Origin: Acidobacteriota bacterium
GTDB taxonomy: Bacteria > Acidobacteriota > Thermoanaerobaculia > Multivoradales > UBA5704
Direction: 5' to 3'
DNA: 64,000 nt
Assembly: GCA_040005235.1 (NCBI GenBank)
Contig: JBDTZG010000017.1
Location: 1 to 64,000, forward strand
Below are positions 43,297-52,391 of the stretch, one piece after another. The number at the start of each line of letters is the position of its first letter. The first letter of the stretch is position 1. The translations under genes were made by a program, and so were the position numbers. The notes under the pieces were generated by a model, which was not told where the DNA came from, did not search any database, and saw nothing but the letters and a program-made list of their open reading frames with translations.

Positions 43297-46037
43297 TCCG
43301 CCGGCCGATTCTCCTGGCCGCGGCGATCGCCGCGCTCGGCTGCTCCCGGCCGCCGTCGCCTTTGGCGGTCGAATACGCCGGTTGCTCCGAGGTCCTGCGC
43401 CAAGGGCCGACCTGCCTGCTCGAAGCGGGCAAAAAGGGGGCCTCCCCGCTCCTCACGATCTGGGTGCCGCTCGCGGCAGCGAATACCCCCACCGAAATCC
43501 GGATCGACGACCGGCCCGTTGCGGCGGAGGCTATGCCGGCTCGCGAGGGACACCGCTATTCGATCGAGGTCCCGCTCTCCTCACATCACCTAGAGGTCCG
43601 GCAGAAAAACCCCAAGGATACGAGCACCTGGTCGCTCGCACTCGCGCCGTTTCCGACGGAGCCGGCATGGTTCACCAACGCCCTTGAGCTCGCGCGCTCC
43701 GGAGAGCCGCAACCGACCGACCAAGCCCGGAAGATTCTTACCCGCCACCTCCCTACCATCTCCAACGCTGCGCTTCGCGCCCGCCTCTTTTGGATCCTCG
43801 CCCGCACTGCCCCCGTGCGCAACGCAGCGGACTTCAGGCGCGAGCTGGTGGCTCGCCAAAAAGCCGGCCATCTCCTCGGTGAGGCAACGGCCACCACAGG
43901 GTTGGCCCACCAACTCGCCGAGGACGAGCAGCTCGCCGAGGCATCCAAAGTCCTCGACGATTTGGTCCTTTCCCCCGCGCCTCCCGCCGAAGCGGCCTAC
44001 TTTGTCGCCTATGAACGCGGCCTGGTGGCGCGCCTTTCGGGTGAACCGCGGCAAGCCCTGCGGATGTTCGAAGCCGCGGCGACCGAGGCCGATCGGCTGG
44101 GTCTCGCCGCCAATCACGCCTACGTGGAGCAGCAGATGGCGTCCCTCTTTCTCGATCTCGGACGGTTCAAGGAGGCGGATGCCCGTTTCGCGGCGAACGC
44201 CGGGGCGCCCGGGGCCCCGAAGCTCGATCAGGAATGCGCCGCAGCGCAGCTGGACGCCAACCTCGGCTGGACCCGTCTGCTCGCCCGCGAGGCGGGCCTT
44301 GACGTGGGCGATCCGCTGCCTGCGCTCAAGGCAGCGCGCGATGCTTTCGACCGACTCACAGGATGCGGCGCGTCGCACCAGCGGGGCAACGCGCAGCTCA
44401 ATTTCGCGCTCGCCGATCTCCAAGCCGGCAGGCTCGACGACGCGGAGGCGGCACTCAAAAAAGCCCGCGCCCTCGCGACCACCCTGATCGCCGAGGAGCG
44501 GCTTTGGCAGAGCGAGATCGAAGCGCGGCTGGCGCTCGCCCGCAAGCGGCCGCGCGAGGCGCTCAAAATCTGGCAACTCTTGGAGGCCAACGCACGGAGC
44601 TCCAACTCGCTTGAAGATCTCTGGCTCGCGCTCACCGGCCGCGCTCGGACGGAGCGCGCTCTCGACGAACCCGACTCGGCCCTGCGCACGCTCGGCGAGG
44701 CGGAGGATCTCCTGGACCGCCAGGCGGCGACCGCTCAACGGTCCAGCCGAGCGCGTTTCGTGGCGCAGCGCGAGGCGAGCGCCCGGTTGCGCATCGAGCT
44801 GCTGCTTGAGAAGGGGCGACTGGCCGAGGCGCTTTCCGCCGCCCGCCGTTCCCGCGCCCGGGTACTGCGCCAGATCGAAACCGAAGGCCGGATCGAACGG
44901 CTCGCCGGACCGGAGCGCGAGCGATGGCAAGAGGCGGTTGGAGGCTTTCGCGCCGCGCGCCGGGACTGCGACGAGAAAGCCGCCAACGATTGGGCGGCAC
45001 CGGAGGACCGCCTGAAGATGATCCGCTCGGAGCGCGAGTCGCACTGCACGCAGGCCGAAGAGGATCTCGAAGCGGCGGTCGCCCATCTGGGCTTGAGCGC
45101 CACGACCGGCGCCTCCGAGAGCTTCCGGCCGCCCATCTCGGGCGAGTTGCTGCTCGCGTTCCATCCGTTGGATGACGGCTGGGTGGCGTTCGCGGAGGAA
45201 GGGACTGAAATATCCTTCCATCGCTTCGAGCTACCCTCCAGCGCGCTCGGCAATCCCAAAGATCTCGCCGCGCGGCTCTTCACGCCGTTCGCCGACGAGA
45301 TCCGGCGCGCCCGGCGGATTCGCCTGCTCCCCTACGGCTCTTTGCGCGAGGTGGATCTGCACGCCCTGCCGTTCGACGGCGCGCCGCTGCTCACGGGCCG
45401 GCCGGTGGTCTACGGTCTCGATCTGGTGAATCGGCCAGCCGTCGAAGCGTCCACGGAGACGAAACCCACCGCCCTGGTGATCGGCGACCCGCGTGGCGAT
45501 CTCCCTTTGTCCCGCAAAGAAGTGGCAGGAGTGGGAAGCGCACTGGCGGACGGCGGCTGGCAGGTCGACACGGAAAGCGGTGACGACGCCACGGTCAACC
45601 GGCTTCTCGAAGCGCTGCCGCGGATCTCGCTGCTCCATTTCGCCGGCCACGGGGTCGCGGGGAGCGCGGACGGCGGCGGCGAGCTGTTGTTGGGCGGCGA
45701 GGAGCGCCTGCTCGCGACCGAGATTCTGAACCTCAGCCGGGTGCCCGCACAGATCGTTCTTTCCGGCTGCGAAACCGGCCGCGCCGATCCAGGCGCCGCG
45801 GTCGAGGGGCTGGGCCTCGCCCAGGCGTTTCTGCTCCGCGGCGCCTCCCAGGTGGTCGCCGCGATCCGCACCGTCCCCGACGAAGACGCCGCCGCGCTGT
45901 TCGAGGCGTTCTACCGGCCGCCGCCGCGCGGCGCCTCCGATCTCGATCTCGCGAAGCGCCTCGTCCGGGCGCAGGCCGACGCGCTGCGTAAGAACCCGAA
46001 GAGCGCCGCGGTGAGCTTCCGCGTCTTCGAGCCCTGA
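43293..46037 (+). CDS. Lipoprotein TPR-CHAT domain protein (caspase-like cysteine protease)
   Basis: GTG overlapping the upstream stop; IRRPILLAAAIAALG-C lipobox-like signal; TPR-like helical repeats; LHALPF, VIGDP, LHFAGHG (His), VLSGCETG (Cys), GLAQAFLLRGA. Confidence 0.88.
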   Translation: MIRRPILLAAAIAALGCSRPPSPLAVEYAGCSEVLRQGPTCLLEAGKKGASPLLTIWVPLAAANTPTEIRIDDRPVAAEAMPAREGHRYSIEVPLSSHHLEVRQKNPKDTSTWSLALAPFPTEPAWFTNALELARSGEPQPTDQARKILTRHLPTISNAALRARLFWILARTAPVRNAADFRRELVARQKAGHLLGEATATTGLAHQLAEDEQLAEASKVLDDLVLSPAPPAEAAYFVAYERGLVARLSGEPRQALRMFEAAATEADRLGLAANHAYVEQQMASLFLDLGRFKEADARFAANAGAPGAPKLDQECAAAQLDANLGWTRLLAREAGLDVGDPLPALKAARDAFDRLTGCGASHQRGNAQLNFALADLQAGRLDDAEAALKKARALATTLIAEERLWQSEIEARLALARKRPREALKIWQLLEANARSSNSLEDLWLALTGRARTERALDEPDSALRTLGEAEDLLDRQAATAQRSSRARFVAQREASARLRIELLLEKGRLAEALSAARRSRARVLRQIETEGRIERLAGPERERWQEAVGGFRAARRDCDEKAANDWAAPEDRLKMIRSERESHCTQAEEDLEAAVAHLGLSATTGASESFRPPISGELLLAFHPLDDGWVAFAEEGTEISFHRFELPSSALGNPKDLAARLFTPFADEIRRARRIRLLPYGSLREVDLHALPFDGAPLLTGRPVVYGLDLVNRPAVEASTETKPTALVIGDPRGDLPLSRKEVAGVGSALADGGWQVDTESGDDATVNRLLEALPRISLLHFAGHGVAGSADGGGELLLGGEERLLATEILNLSRVPAQIVLSGCETGRADPGAAVEGLGLAQAFLLRGASQVVAAIRTVPDEDAAALFEAFYRPPPRGASDLDLAKRLVRAQADALRKNPKSAAVSFRVFEP

Positions 46038-46055
46038 ACGGCTTTTTTCTACCCC

Positions 46056-46087
46056 GGTCAGAAACGAGCCCGGCCCGGCGAAGACCT
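46056..46087 (+). promoter_or_regulatory. Putative ECF promoter, copy 2 (upstream of subtilase 1)
   Basis: G-GTCAGAAACG-agcccggcccgg-CGAAGACCT, intergenic; CGAA starts 65 nt before the ATG at 46144. Confidence 0.65.
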
Positions 46088-46143
46088 CTGCCGTGCGCCC
46101 CTCCTTAAACCCAAGCGCCTTTCTTGTTTCGGGGAGCCAGATC

Positions 46144-48150
46144 ATGTTCGGTCGGTTTCAACAGCCATTCGCGTTTCGATGCCTCGCCGCCGGCCTTGTC
46201 CTCATCCTCGCCTCGGCCTTGGCATCGGGGGAGTTGCAGGCCGCCAAGATCTCCTTCCGCCCCTCCAACTACGGCCTCCCCCCGGGAGGTTGCTCCGACC
46301 GGTACTGGGTGGCGCTCGCCGACGGAGCGGGTCTGCCGGCTTCGGTCTGCCCGACCGTCGAAGGTTGGAGAAAGGAATTTCTGTTCAACGCAAACCTCAG
46401 AAATCTCAACGGACCGCGCTTTTGCCGCTATTTCTGGAATCCACCGATCTCCAAGACCGAAAGAGGCGAACCGGGTATGCCGCCTCTCCTCTTGGCCGAC
46501 ATCGCGAGGTTGCAGGCCACGGAGCATCTCCACGGCACGGTCCGCCGCTGCGGCGTCCTCGGAGCTTCCGGCACGACGCTCGCCGAGCGCAATCAGGAAG
46601 TGATGTTTCGCGAGTTTCGGTTCCAGACGGGAGATACGGACCTGCCCTTTCTGACCGCGTCGTCCGATGTCCGGTTGGCCGTCCTCGACACCTATCCGAC
46701 CGGGGATTTCCCGGCTAAGGAAAAGGACCCGGTCGTCTGCAAGACCGGCCACGGCTTCGCGATCGCCCACCTCATCGAGGAGTTGATCTGCGACGGCAGC
46801 GGGGGCGAATTCAAGGAATGCGCCGCGGCGATGACCGGCCGTCTCGCCCTACCGCTCGGCGGGCCGGGGTCCGGATCGCTCGATCAGCCCGATCCTCCGA
46901 TCGGGTCGGGTTGCGGCGGATACGGCAGCCCGCTCGATCTCGCGCTCGCAATCCGGGACGAGGTCGCGGCATGGAAGAAGTCCGGCATCCGGCATCTGGT
47001 GCTCAATCTTTCGGTCGGTTGGGATTCAAACCTGCTGCACAAAGGCCTCGGTGCGGAAGCCGCCGATGGTCTGAACGCCGAGGAGCTGAGCGTCTACGCG
47101 GCGCTCCGAAACGCCGCGGCCCAAGGCGCTCTTTCCATCGCCGCCACCGGGAACGGCCAGGGGGTGGCGCTGTCGGAAACCGGCCCGCTGCTCCCCGCCG
47201 GCTGGTACGCCAAACCGCCGACCATCGCGCTGCTGGCGCCGGTTCCCTTGACGACGATCGACCCGGTGGTCTGGCCGATCGGGGCGACCGATCGCAACGG
47301 CCAACCGCTGGGCAATGCGCGACCGGGCGCCGAGCCGCCGCTGGTGGCTTACGGCGATCACGCGACGGTCAAACTACTCGGCGACGGCTGGACCGACCCG
47401 CTCACCGGCAGCTCGGTGGGAGCCGCGGTCGCTTCGTCGCTCGCCGCCCTCGCTTGGCGCTTTCAGCCGGCGCTCGAACGCCAGGAAGTCATGGAGATGC
47501 TGGCGGCCTCCGCCACCCCCCTGGTGCGAGACGCCGCCTATCACCGCAACCCGAGCCAGAGTCCGCCCAGGGTTCGGAGGCTGTCGGTCAACGCCCTCTT
47601 GAGCCGCGCCTGGAGCCCACCGAAAGTGCTCGCCACTCCTCCCACCTCAGGCCAGACGACGGTCGACTGCGCGGGCGGAAGCTGGATCCCCACGACCGCC
47701 GGGCCTAAGCTCTATAGCTGCCCGGGAACCGCCGTTCCTGCCCAAGCCTCGGCCATGCCACTGCTGACGCCGCTCGGCGCGGTGCCCTGGGTACAAACCC
47801 AACCGGGAGCCAACGCCTGCCCCAGCTGCTCGCTCGGAGGCGGCGGCGGCGGGATGCTGCGCGGAATCCAGACGCCGAAACAGATCGACCTGCGACTCGA
47901 AATCCCACCGGACTGGAACCCCCAGCTCCAGCTCACCGATCTCTGGATCGAGGCTTCGGATGCTCAAGGAGCCAAGACAACCGTCTGGATCGGCAAGCCG
48001 GCTAAGCTGCTCGCCCCGAACGACTCGATCCAAGTCCAGAGCCTCCCCTTCCCGCGCGACCTCCGAGCGGCCGTCCTGTCCGCCCGGGTCAAAGTCGGGC
48101 CAAAGGATTACTCGCTGCGCATGCCGATCTACGTCGACCCGGGGGAATAG
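46144..48150 (+). CDS. Secreted S8 (subtilisin-like) serine protease, paralog 1
   Basis: Signal peptide; VRLAVLDT (Asp), GHGFAIAH (His), VLNLSVGW, AATGN (oxyanion Asn), LTGSSVGAAVAS (Ser). Confidence 0.8.
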   Translation: MFGRFQQPFAFRCLAAGLVLILASALASGELQAAKISFRPSNYGLPPGGCSDRYWVALADGAGLPASVCPTVEGWRKEFLFNANLRNLNGPRFCRYFWNPPISKTERGEPGMPPLLLADIARLQATEHLHGTVRRCGVLGASGTTLAERNQEVMFREFRFQTGDTDLPFLTASSDVRLAVLDTYPTGDFPAKEKDPVVCKTGHGFAIAHLIEELICDGSGGEFKECAAAMTGRLALPLGGPGSGSLDQPDPPIGSGCGGYGSPLDLALAIRDEVAAWKKSGIRHLVLNLSVGWDSNLLHKGLGAEAADGLNAEELSVYAALRNAAAQGALSIAATGNGQGVALSETGPLLPAGWYAKPPTIALLAPVPLTTIDPVVWPIGATDRNGQPLGNARPGAEPPLVAYGDHATVKLLGDGWTDPLTGSSVGAAVASSLAALAWRFQPALERQEVMEMLAASATPLVRDAAYHRNPSQSPPRVRRLSVNALLSRAWSPPKVLATPPTSGQTTVDCAGGSWIPTTAGPKLYSCPGTAVPAQASAMPLLTPLGAVPWVQTQPGANACPSCSLGGGGGGMLRGIQTPKQIDLRLEIPPDWNPQLQLTDLWIEASDAQGAKTTVWIGKPAKLLAPNDSIQVQSLPFPRDLRAAVLSARVKVGPKDYSLRMPIYVDPGE

Positions 48151-48268
48151 AGGGCGCGGATGATCCCGTGGGGGCCGTCGACGACCTGGATGCCTCAGAC
48201 AGGGCTCAGAACCGAGGCGGCCCAAAACATGCCCGTTTCGGGTATAGTTTCCGGAGACGACTTCGACG

Positions 48269-48643
48269 ATGAGCATCTTAAAGCGCAAGGACTTCGCCCG
48301 GTGGCAGGCAGGCGAGAAGCTTCCGGATACCTCCTTATGCAAGGCCGTCGAGGAGATGGAAAGCGGCCTGATCGACGCTGACCTGGGCGGCTACCTCTAC
48401 AAGAAGCGCGTGGCTCGCCCCGGCGCAGGTAAGAGCGGTGGTTATCGGACGGTGCTCTCAGCCCGGATCGGTAACCGCTACGTGTTCCTCCACGGCTTTG
48501 CGAAGAGCGACAAGGCCAACATCACGCCCGACGAGAAGAAGGCCCTGAAGTTCGCCGGCAAGGTGTTTCTGGATCTCCCGCCTACAGACCTGGCGAAGGC
48601 AGTAAAGGCGGGCGTATTAATGGAGGTGCATTGTGTCCAGTAA
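48269..48643 (+). CDS. Type II TA toxin, RelE/ParE superfamily (HigB-like, toxin-first)
   Basis: GLIDADLGGYLYKKRVARPGAGKSGGYRT, HGFAKSDKANIT. Confidence 0.88.
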   Translation: MSILKRKDFARWQAGEKLPDTSLCKAVEEMESGLIDADLGGYLYKKRVARPGAGKSGGYRTVLSARIGNRYVFLHGFAKSDKANITPDEKKALKFAGKVFLDLPPTDLAKAVKAGVLMEVHCVQ

Positions 48644-48938
48644 GCTGATTGAATCTTTGCGCGGCGACCTCGCCGAGCTGCAGAAGGCGGGCGTCATCAG
48701 TAAGGTGACGATGCGGCAGTTCGACTCGATCTGCCCGCCACCAGTACGAGAGTTCAGCGCAGACGACATCAAACGACTGCGCGAGAGACTGCAATTCAGC
48801 CAACCGGTGTTCGCACACCTTTTGCACACGACGGCATCGACGGTGCGCAAGTGGGAACAGGGCGACACGAGGCCCGCCGGGCCAGCCCTGAAGCTGCTGA
48901 ACGTCATCGCTGACAAGGGCCTGGAAGCCGTCTTGTAA
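48633..48938 (+). CDS. XRE-family HTH antitoxin (HigA-like)
   Basis: IKRLRERLQFSQPVFAHLL, TVRKWEQGDTRPAGPALKLL; overlaps the toxin gene. Confidence 0.88.
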   Translation: MSSKLIESLRGDLAELQKAGVISKVTMRQFDSICPPPVREFSADDIKRLRERLQFSQPVFAHLLHTTASTVRKWEQGDTRPAGPALKLLNVIADKGLEAVL

Positions 48939-49040
48939 ACCGCAGCCGAGCCGCGGAACTACCTGCTGATAGACAGAGAGTGGCTCTGGGGCGCGGAACT
49001 CGCCCATCCGACGAAGGTGGCCGCAAGCGGGCGCATTGAG

Positions 49041-49435
49041 CGGCTAGCGAGCGCGGGATTCGGCTAGACAATGCGAACAGCGGCTAGCGAGCGCGGGATT
49101 CGGCTATCCAAGCGCGGATTCCAGCTAGCCAGCTCCGGCTGCGGCTATCCGGCTCCTATGACGGCTATCCAAGCGCGGACTTTGGCTCCCAAACACGGAT
49201 GGCGGCTATCCACTTCTGCAGCCGGCTATCCAGCTCCGATCGCAGCGATCCAGCGCCCGATAGCGGCTGGCCACCTCGAATCGTAGCGATCCAGCGGCCG
49301 AGAGCGGGTATCCGTCGCGAATCGTAGCGATCCAGCGTCCGATAGCGGCTATCCACCTCCGATGGCGGCTCGTCGGCGAGTGAGATCGGCCCGCCGACGC
49401 CGATAGCGGTATCCGGTGGATAGAGCGGCTCGCCA
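49041..49435. repeat. Degenerate tandem array of about 20 units, 20-21 bp period, core CGGCTATCC
   Basis: Core variants start at 49041, 49061, 49081, 49101, 49122, 49142, 49162, 49183, 49203, 49223, 49243, 49264, 49284, 49305, 49325, 49346, 49366, 49387, 49407, 49426. Confidence 0.85.
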
Positions 49436-49550
49436 GCCGAGGAGGAACGCGAGCGAAGCCGTAATCACGCGATCCGCGGCGGCCGGCGAAGTGCACGCTC
49501 GCTCGGACCTTTCGCCGCTTGGGCGAGCCGCTTGCGATCGCGATTGACGC

Positions 49551-50252
49551 TTATTCTGTCCGCGCTGCGGTTACCTCCAGCCGATAGCCAATGCCCGCGG
49601 CGGAGAGCAGATAGCGCGGCTCGGCCGGTTGGGTTTCGATCTTCTGGCGCAGGCGGTGGACCAGCTGCTTGAGCGCCTGGCGGTCGCCGGAGATCCGGTC
49701 GCCCCAGACGTGGCGTAGGAGGCGTTCGAAGGGGAGGTCACTGCCGGCGTTGGCTGCCAGCAGTTGGAGCAGACGAAATTCGAGCCGGGTGAGGCGCACC
49801 GGCTCGGCACCGGCCACCTGGACGCTTTGGCCTTCGGCGTCGATCAGCAGTTCGCCTACCGATAGCGGCTGGGGGCGTTCGGCTACCCCTGAGCGGCGCA
49901 GCAGGGCGCGGACTCGGGCGAGTAGGGTGCGCGGGCTGAAGGGTTTGGCGAGGTAGTCGTCGGCGCCGAGGTCGAGGCCGCGCACCTGGTCTTCTTCCGT
50001 GCCTCGCACGGTGAGCATGACGATCGGGATGGCCGAGGTTGCCGGGTTCGCGCGCATTCTTCGACAGACCTCGAAGCCGTCAAGGCGCGGCAGGTTGACG
50101 TCGAGCAGAACGAGGTCCGGCCGCTCGAACTCGGCCATCAAGAGCGCAGCGGCTCCATCCTCCGACTCGATCACGAAATAGCCGTCGCGGCGCAGGGTAT
50201 AGCCGATCAGATCGCGCAGATCGGGATCGTCGTCGACCACCAGGATCTTCAT
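49551..50252 (-). CDS. OmpR/PhoB-family response regulator
   Basis: ILVVDDD, LLDVNLP, GADDYLAKPF, winged helix LTRLEFRLL...GIGYRL. Confidence 0.95.
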   Translation of the reverse strand: MKILVVDDDPDLRDLIGYTLRRDGYFVIESEDGAAALLMAEFERPDLVLLDVNLPRLDGFEVCRRMRANPATSAIPIVMLTVRGTEEDQVRGLDLGADDYLAKPFSPRTLLARVRALLRRSGVAERPQPLSVGELLIDAEGQSVQVAGAEPVRLTRLEFRLLQLLAANAGSDLPFERLLRHVWGDRISGDRQALKQLVHRLRQKIETQPAEPRYLLSAAGIGYRLEVTAARTE

Positions 50253-52253
50253 GCCGCGGCCCCTTCCCTACCGGGAGGTATGCCCGTCGCGATCGGCAGG
50301 GTAAATGAAAAGCGCGCCCCCCGTTCCCGCGAGATCGCCGCGACCTTGCCGCCGTGGCGTTCGACGATCGAGCGGACGATCCACAGGCCGAGCCCCATGC
50401 CGGTCTCCTCCGGTTCTCCCTGCGTTTCGGGCTCCGCTCCTGCCGTCGTCTGGCCGGGAAAGCGCCCGGGGATGCGAACGAAGCGGGCGAACAGATCGTC
50501 CGGCGATCCGGGCGGCAGGCCGGAGCCTTCGTCCTCTACCCAGAGGCGAAGCCGCTCTGGCTCGGTCTCCCCGCCGATCGTGATCGTCGAGCCCTCGGGG
50601 GCGAATTTCTGGGCGTTGGCGAGCAGGTTCACCATCACTTGGGTCAGGCGCTCGGCGTCGCCCTCGATCCGTGGCAGCGGAAAGGGCAGCTCGATCGACA
50701 GCCGCTGGCGCCGCCGTTCGAACAGAGGCGCGGTCAGCTCCGCGGCCTGCTCGACCACCTCGTCGAGGGCGACGGGGCTCCGGCGGATGCCGTCCTCCCC
50801 CGCCTCGATGCGGACGCTTTCGAGCAGGTTGTCGATCAGCCGGGTGAGCCGCAGCGCCCCCCGTTCGAGCGACGCGGCGAGCTGCCGCGCCGGCTGGTCG
50901 CCAGCTCGTCCAGGCGCTCGCCGAGCAGCTCCAGCGAGGCGAGCTGCGCCGCGAGCGGCGTTTTGAATTCGTGGGAGACGTTGGCGAGCACAGCGTCGCG
51001 CAGCCGGCGCGAGGTCTCGTCCCCGGTTTCGTCGCGGATCACCTGAAACTGTTGCTCCTCGGCCAGCTCCGAGCTGGTGATGACAATCACCCGCTTGCCC
51101 CCGTTCCGGCGCAGCGACTCGGTCGCCCGCGCGCCGCCGCGGAACCGGGCGTGGATGATCGGGCAGTGCTCTTCGCACGGCCGGACGCCGTTTTCCCCGA
51201 TCGGCAGGAGCACGTCGCCGCAGAAGCGGCCGATCGCCGCTTGAGGATCAACTCCGAGCAGCGCGGCGGCCTGCGGGTTCAGGTAGCGGATGCGCCGGTC
51301 GCGATCGACCGCGAACACCCCGTCGGCGATGCCGGTCAACACCGCTTCCGCCTCCGCCTGGCGGCGGCGCAGCTCGGCGGTGAGGTGGGAGAGCCGGCGA
51401 CGCATTTCTTCCATGGTCGCGGCGAGCGTGCCGACCTCGGCGGTCTCCCCCCGCGCGGCCTCGGGAATCGGACTGGAAAAGTCGCCCCGGCCGATCCGCG
51501 TCGCGGCCCGATCAAGCGCCTGGATCGGGCGGGCGATCCTGCGGCCCAGAAGGAGGCCGGAGAGCATCGCAAGCGCCGCGACGCCGAGCGCGAGCAGCAG
51601 GAAGCGCCTTTCGAGCTGATGCAGCGAGAGGGCGACCTCGCCGCGCGGCAGTGCGGTCTCAATCGTCGCGGCATGGCCGGCGGCGGCGAAGATCTGGCGC
51701 GAAACATAGCGCTCGCCGTCACGCACGGTGCCGTTGGCATCCGCCGGCCTCGCGGAGCGAAGTACAACCGGCAGACCCACCTGCGCGGCGATCCGGTCGG
51801 AAAACTTCGAGTCCAGGGCGAGAGCGGTGGCGACCGTAGCACCCGGCACGGCGACGATCGGCGCCGAACCGATCAACCGCAAGACCGCGGAGAGAGCACC
51901 GGCCCGGCCGAGGCGAACGGCTTTCCCCCGGCGATAACCGCGCAGGCGGTGAGGCCGCTCGTCGAGCGAAAGCGCTCCAGAAATACCGCGAGACCGGCGG
52001 CGTCCCCCTCGCGCAGCAGGCGCGCGGCGGTCGGCCGTTCGGCGAGCAGGCGGGCGGAGGTGCGGATGTCCTCGGCCGAGCGTTCGACCGCCTGGCGCGC
52101 GCTGATCCCCGCGAGCGCCACCCGGGCGAGCGCCTGTTCGTCCGCCAGCCGGTCGAGCAGGCGGACGGCGGCGAGCGCGATCGCCAGGACCGCGAGCAGG
52201 ACGAGGATGGCGTTTCCGCCGACGAGGAGAGTGCTGAGGCGAATCCGGCGCAT
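50249..52253 (-). pseudogene. HAMP-PAS sensor histidine kinase split by two frameshifts (pseudogene or sequencing error)
   Basis: Three consecutive frames: TM/sensor N-terminus (52253 to ~51890), TM-HAMP-PAS-H box VSHEFKTPL (~51890 to ~50900), HATPase NLLANAQKF, DEGSG, GMGLGL (~50900 to 50249). Confidence 0.8.
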
Positions 52254-52312
52254 GGGGTTTTGAGTTTCGGGCGCGGCTAAAGTCTATCGCGCCAAGGTCG
52301 GGCTTCTTTGCC

Positions 52313-52391
52313 CCTCAGCGTTTGGCCTCAGCGTTTTGGCCTCAGCGTTTGGCCTCAGCGTTTGGCCTCAGCGTTTGGCCTCAGCGTTTGG
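52313..52391. repeat. 13-bp tandem repeat, 6 copies (CCTCAGCGTTTGG)
   Basis: Five perfect copies and one with an extra T; the last copy contains the cysW stop codon. Confidence 0.95.

Noticed and set aside
43293-46037. Type III-E CRISPR (Csx29) or gasdermin defence locus
   Set aside because: No Cas7-11, Csx30/31, array or gasdermin-like gene; used only as a mechanistic analogy.
48269-49020. TA pair as an integron cassette
   Set aside because: No convincing attC (RYYYAAC...GTTRRRY) and no intI gene.
49041-49435. CRISPR or TIGR-type array call
   Set aside because: Period of 20-21 nt and a 9-nt degenerate core are too short, the variable parts are related to each other, and no cas or Nop-domain gene is nearby.
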